Source: Prevotella sp.
GTDB lineage: Bacteria; Bacteroidota; Bacteroidia; Bacteroidales; Bacteroidaceae
Assembly (NCBI GenBank): GCA_045627685.1
Contig: JAZQOD010000209.1
Coordinates: 1 to 50,720 of the forward strand
Length of the DNA stretch: 50,720 nt
Reading direction: 5' to 3'
The notes under the pieces were generated by a model, which was not told where the DNA came from, did not search any database, and saw only the letters and a program-made list of their open reading frames with translations. Positions 47,529-50,720 of this stretch are shown here, in pieces (position 1 is the stretch's first letter; each line of letters opens with the position of its first letter). The translations under genes were made by a program, and so were the position numbers.

Positions 47529-48323
47529 TTACAACGCTCTGAATGTGAGTCCGAACTTCAGACATGGATAGACAACAACCTTCTTTGCGATGTCAAGTGC
47601 ATCTGCCACATCTGGGTTTGTCACATCATTCTGAAGTTTGTCGAGGATATCCTCACCATTGTTCATGATTTTCGGTGTTCCATGGAACTGTGCACCGAGT
47701 TCGAAACGGAATCCAACACGTGATCTTGGAATGAAACGGCCGAAACCAATGCCGAGATATGGACGGAAACCGCTTACAGAAAGGTCTGCATAGGTCTTAC
47801 CCTGCTCGTCAACAGTGAGTGAATAACTGTTTGGATTGTCCTCATCTGGGTAAACAAGAACTTCGGCATTAGGATTGCCCTTGTAAAGATTCTCAATACC
47901 TGCCGAATAGCCTTCAAGTTTCAGGAGTGCTGCACCACCGAAGTATGCACCGACAGTCACGAAGAATGTCTTGTTCTGTGTGAATGGGTAGATGTCAGCC
48001 AGGAGATGACCTGAAACACGTCCTGAATTACCGGTAATGGTAGATGTCGTTTTGTCATCTGGGAAAACTCGCTGTCCGTCCTTCACATACGAATACTTGA
48101 AGTTCACATCATAGTCAGCCTTTACCGATGGGAAAATGTCAACACCAGCACGAAGTGCAACATAAGGCGACATGCATGTTCCTACTTCTGCGGTGATACC
48201 CTGGAAACCGATACCAACGCCTACTGCAACATGATTTCCTACTCCATAAGTGATCTTGTCCTGCGCAAACGCTGCCAAACTGCTAAAAATGATAGCAGCA
48301 ATAATAGTCAAAGTCTTTTTCAT
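47529..48323 (-). CDS. Hypothetical exported protein, probable outer-membrane beta-barrel
   Basis: Signal peptide (MKKTL...AFA), amphipathic strands, RPYLGIGFGR, C-terminal YPCLKFGLTFRAL. Start at ATG 48323. Confidence 0.7.
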   Translation of the reverse strand: MKKTLTIIAAIIFSSLAAFAQDKITYGVGNHVAVGVGIGFQGITAEVGTCMSPYVALRAGVDIFPSVKADYDVNFKYSYVKDGQRVFPDDKTTSTITGNSGRVSGHLLADIYPFTQNKTFFVTVGAYFGGAALLKLEGYSAGIENLYKGNPNAEVLVYPDEDNPNSYSLTVDEQGKTYADLSVSGFRPYLGIGFGRFIPRSRVGFRFELGAQFHGTPKIMNNGEDILDKLQNDVTNPDVADALDIAKKVVVYPCLKFGLTFRAL

Positions 48324-48362
48324 TACTATATTACTTTTATATTTTTTATTTATCACGAACTG

Positions 48363-48453
48363 CAAAGTTACACAATCTTTTCAAAAATAAAGAATTTATA
48401 TTGCTATTTCTGCTCGATTTGTTTGGTAATGCAACGATTATTTGCTATCTTTG
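48363..48453. promoter_or_regulatory. Divergent Bacteroidota promoters (beta-barrel gene and DUF418)
   Basis: TAACTTTG on the minus strand (48363-48370); TTTG (48422)-N20-TATCTTTG (48446-48453) on the plus strand. Confidence 0.7.
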
Positions 48454-48472
48454 CGTAGCAAAAAACGAGAAT

Positions 48473-49615
48473 ATGAATGATAACAAGCGAATAACGGTTG
48501 TAGATTGCATCCGAGGTTTTGCCGTGGTGGGCATTATCCTCATCCATTTCCTCGAGCATCTCAACTTCTACTCCTTCCCCGACCCTACCCCATTCGAACA
48601 GGGACTCTGGGATACTACCTTCTATCTCGGTGCGAGCAAGATGTATGCTATTTTCGCATTGCTCTTCGGATTGAGTTGTTTCATCCAGCACGATAATAGG
48701 GCTCGACACGGCGAGGACTTCCGGTTGCGATTTGCATGGCGAATGCTGCTGCTCTTTGGTTGGGGACTGCTCGACCTGGTGTTCTTCAACGGCGACATCC
48801 TCTGCACCTATGCCGTGATGGGCTTGTTGCTCATCCCATTAGTGAAGGCAAGCAACAAGGTGGTCATTCTTGTTGCCGCCCTACTCTTCCTGCAGCCGAT
48901 AGAGGTGGGATATATCATTGCGGGGCTCATCAACCCTGAGACACAGCCAATGGACTTGGGACTGGGCAGATACTGGGGCATAGCGTATGACGCCTGTCGC
49001 GACGGAAGTTTCTGGGATGTGGCAAAGGCAAACCTCACCTGCGGATTGCAGATAAACTTCGGTTGGGCTATCGAGCACGGCCGACTGACACAGACGCTGA
49101 TGCTCTTCGTTGTCGGTATGTGGCTCGGACGTGAGCATAAGTTCGACTGGAACGAACAGAACAACCGTTTCTGGAAGCGTGTTGCCCTGATAGCACTGTG
49201 CGTTGGATTCCCAGTGATGCAGGTTCTCGTGAGTTTCGTGCCTTTCAAAGAAATGCCGACAGTAATTGGTCAAGGTCTCGAGACACAGTTCACTGCTTGG
49301 AGAAACTTCGCAATGATGGCATTCTATGTAGCAGCGTTATACCTATTATATAATAACACGCGCGCACGCAAAGGCTTGCAGCATCTGGAATATATTGGCA
49401 AGATGAGTCTCACCGACTATCTGTTGCAGTCAGCCGTTGGTGGGTTCCTGTTCTATAAGTGGGGCCTCGAACTGCACCTCGTTGCCAGCCACGGCATTAG
49501 TTTCCTGATGGGCATAGCCTTCTGCATCTGCCTGTATTTCTTCTGCCGCTGGTGGATGACTCACCATCGCCGCGGTCCACTGGAGGAACTGTGGAAGAGA
49601 GCAACAGATATATAA
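48473..49615 (+). CDS. DUF418 (YeiB-like) membrane protein
   Basis: RI..VDCIRGFAVVGI, KMYAIFALLFG, GDILCTYA, GKMSLTDYLLQS, GPLEELWK. Start at ATG 48473. Confidence 0.9.
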   Translation: MNDNKRITVVDCIRGFAVVGIILIHFLEHLNFYSFPDPTPFEQGLWDTTFYLGASKMYAIFALLFGLSCFIQHDNRARHGEDFRLRFAWRMLLLFGWGLLDLVFFNGDILCTYAVMGLLLIPLVKASNKVVILVAALLFLQPIEVGYIIAGLINPETQPMDLGLGRYWGIAYDACRDGSFWDVAKANLTCGLQINFGWAIEHGRLTQTLMLFVVGMWLGREHKFDWNEQNNRFWKRVALIALCVGFPVMQVLVSFVPFKEMPTVIGQGLETQFTAWRNFAMMAFYVAALYLLYNNTRARKGLQHLEYIGKMSLTDYLLQSAVGGFLFYKWGLELHLVASHGISFLMGIAFCICLYFFCRWWMTHHRRGPLEELWKRATDI

Positions 49616-49813
49616 AGGTCCCTTCACCTTTCTCTATCATGGGAGGAGAGTTATACCACGTGTTTTTCTTGCGGAGTGCACATCGTAAGAGAGGTAGTCA
49701 ATAACTCCCTCCCATCCCAGGGAAGCATCAGGCGAACGCACTGTCAGAAAGTCCTCCCCATTCTTCTGCCCTACGAGCGAAGCGGCAGAGCCGAGCAACG
49801 GGGGAGGCGGGCT
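49616..49813. repeat. Cluster of REP/MITE-like hairpins
   Basis: ATGGGAGGAGAGTTAT (49639) pairs with ATAACTCCCTCCCAT (49701); CCTCCCC (49753) and GGGGAGG (49801) enclose the shared 17-mer core. Confidence 0.7.
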
Positions 49814-49852
49814 TATTTTTAAATATTTTGCTGCGACAGCGATTTTAATTTA

Positions 49853-49967
49853 CTGATAATCTTGGCTGACTCATCAGAGGCAGCGTATTGGCGAGGGGAA
49901 AGCATCTGGGAGTTTACTCACAAGGGCTTTCACATTGGCAATACAACCACGCAGTGGAGATTATCAG
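49853..49967 (+). ncRNA. Candidate structured RNA (four-way junction), family not recognised
   Basis: Hand folding: CTGATAATCT/AGATTATCAG closing stem plus three internal hairpins. Confidence 0.4.
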
Positions 49968-50033
49968 GAAATCATTTTTCATCTTTAAATAATAAACAAG
50001 GATATTTTGAACTAATAAATAATTAATAATCAT

Positions 50034-50618
50034 ATGAAGAAAACCATTTCATTAGTGTTAATGCTGTTTGTTGCATTGACAAGTTTTGCTCAGCAGACTG
50101 ATATGAGTGCTTATCAGCCTAAACTGAAGATCGGCGAGAAAGCCCCTGACTTTGCTCTGCCTGTTTATAACGGCGAGAAGAAAATCGCCCTTGCCGACTA
50201 TGCCGGTAAGTATGTAATGCTCGACTTCTGGGCAACCTGGTGTGGCGACTGCCGCAGAGAGATGCCTATCATGGAAGAGGCTCTCGCACAGTACGAAGGA
50301 AAAATCGAGGTATTCTCAGTCTCTTTCGACCGTAAGAAGGAGGCTCTTGAGAAATACCTTGCAGAACATCCAGTGAAATATTCCGTTGTCTGCGACTACT
50401 CCGCATGGAAGGAGAGTGCCGTGACAAAGGCATATCAGTTGGGTTGGATTCCTACATTCTATATCATCGCCCCTGACGGAACAATCGCCGGCAGCGGTAT
50501 CACAGGCGAGGAACTGAAGCACACCCTCTGTTCACTCTTTGGTGAGGCGAAGGCATGTGGTGGTTGCCACCAAGCAGAAGCCAGCGCAGGTTGCGGCGGT
50601 TGCTGCGGCCATCATTAA
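50034..50618 (+). CDS. TlpA-family thiol-disulfide oxidoreductase with a Cys/His-rich tail
   Basis: Signal peptide, GEKAPDF, DFWATWCGDC, cis-Pro WIPT, tail CGGCH...CGGCCGHH. Confidence 0.92.
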   Translation: MKKTISLVLMLFVALTSFAQQTDMSAYQPKLKIGEKAPDFALPVYNGEKKIALADYAGKYVMLDFWATWCGDCRREMPIMEEALAQYEGKIEVFSVSFDRKKEALEKYLAEHPVKYSVVCDYSAWKESAVTKAYQLGWIPTFYIIAPDGTIAGSGITGEELKHTLCSLFGEAKACGGCHQAEASAGCGGCCGHH

Positions 50619-50720
50619 AGAAGACCCCTCCCCCGCCCAGTACGGTAGGATATTAACAAAAACAATAAAAACCCCTTGTGATCATGTCGAGCCTGTTGGC
50701 TTGCTGCTATGAGCGTTTCA

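Noticed and set aside
49869-49932. Minus-strand CTGATGAG and GAAA as a hammerhead ribozyme
   Set aside because: Stems I and II cannot be formed around the core in any permutation I tried.
50666-50720. Possible start of another hairpin (AAAAACCCCTTGTGA...) at the window edge
   Set aside because: Any pairing partner lies beyond the window, so it cannot be assessed.

Overview
A ~50% GC Bacteroidales (Prevotellaceae-like) core-chromosome window with about 36 intact genes. Housekeeping genes are htpG, thrA, ilvE, trmB, mrp, xseAB, purT, topB, an RsmF-type methylase, folA and a porE-like gene. It also holds a TolC/HlyD/two-permease export module, a dTDP-3-amino-6-deoxyhexose gene set and several secreted carbohydrate-active enzymes (two GH43-like, GH92, DUF2961/GH172-like, a multidomain SGNH esterase). 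TAnnTTTG promoter boxes support the phylum call. I see no rRNA, tRNA, CRISPR array, integrase, transposase or reverse transcriptase. The unusual signal is a dense set of small repeat elements: heptamer tandem arrays, C-rich/G-rich REP-like palindromes, and composite elements with inverted repeat arms around a small GC hairpin. These sit right after stop codons, right before start codons, and in frame inside at least five intact proteins, including an inverted pair inside a DegT aminotransferase beside its PLP-binding motifs. Other candidates are a four-way-junction RNA upstream of a TlpA redoxin with a CxxCH/Cys-rich tail, and an exact 22-bp-period array downstream of xseB. All product calls come from motif recognition by eye, not database searches.
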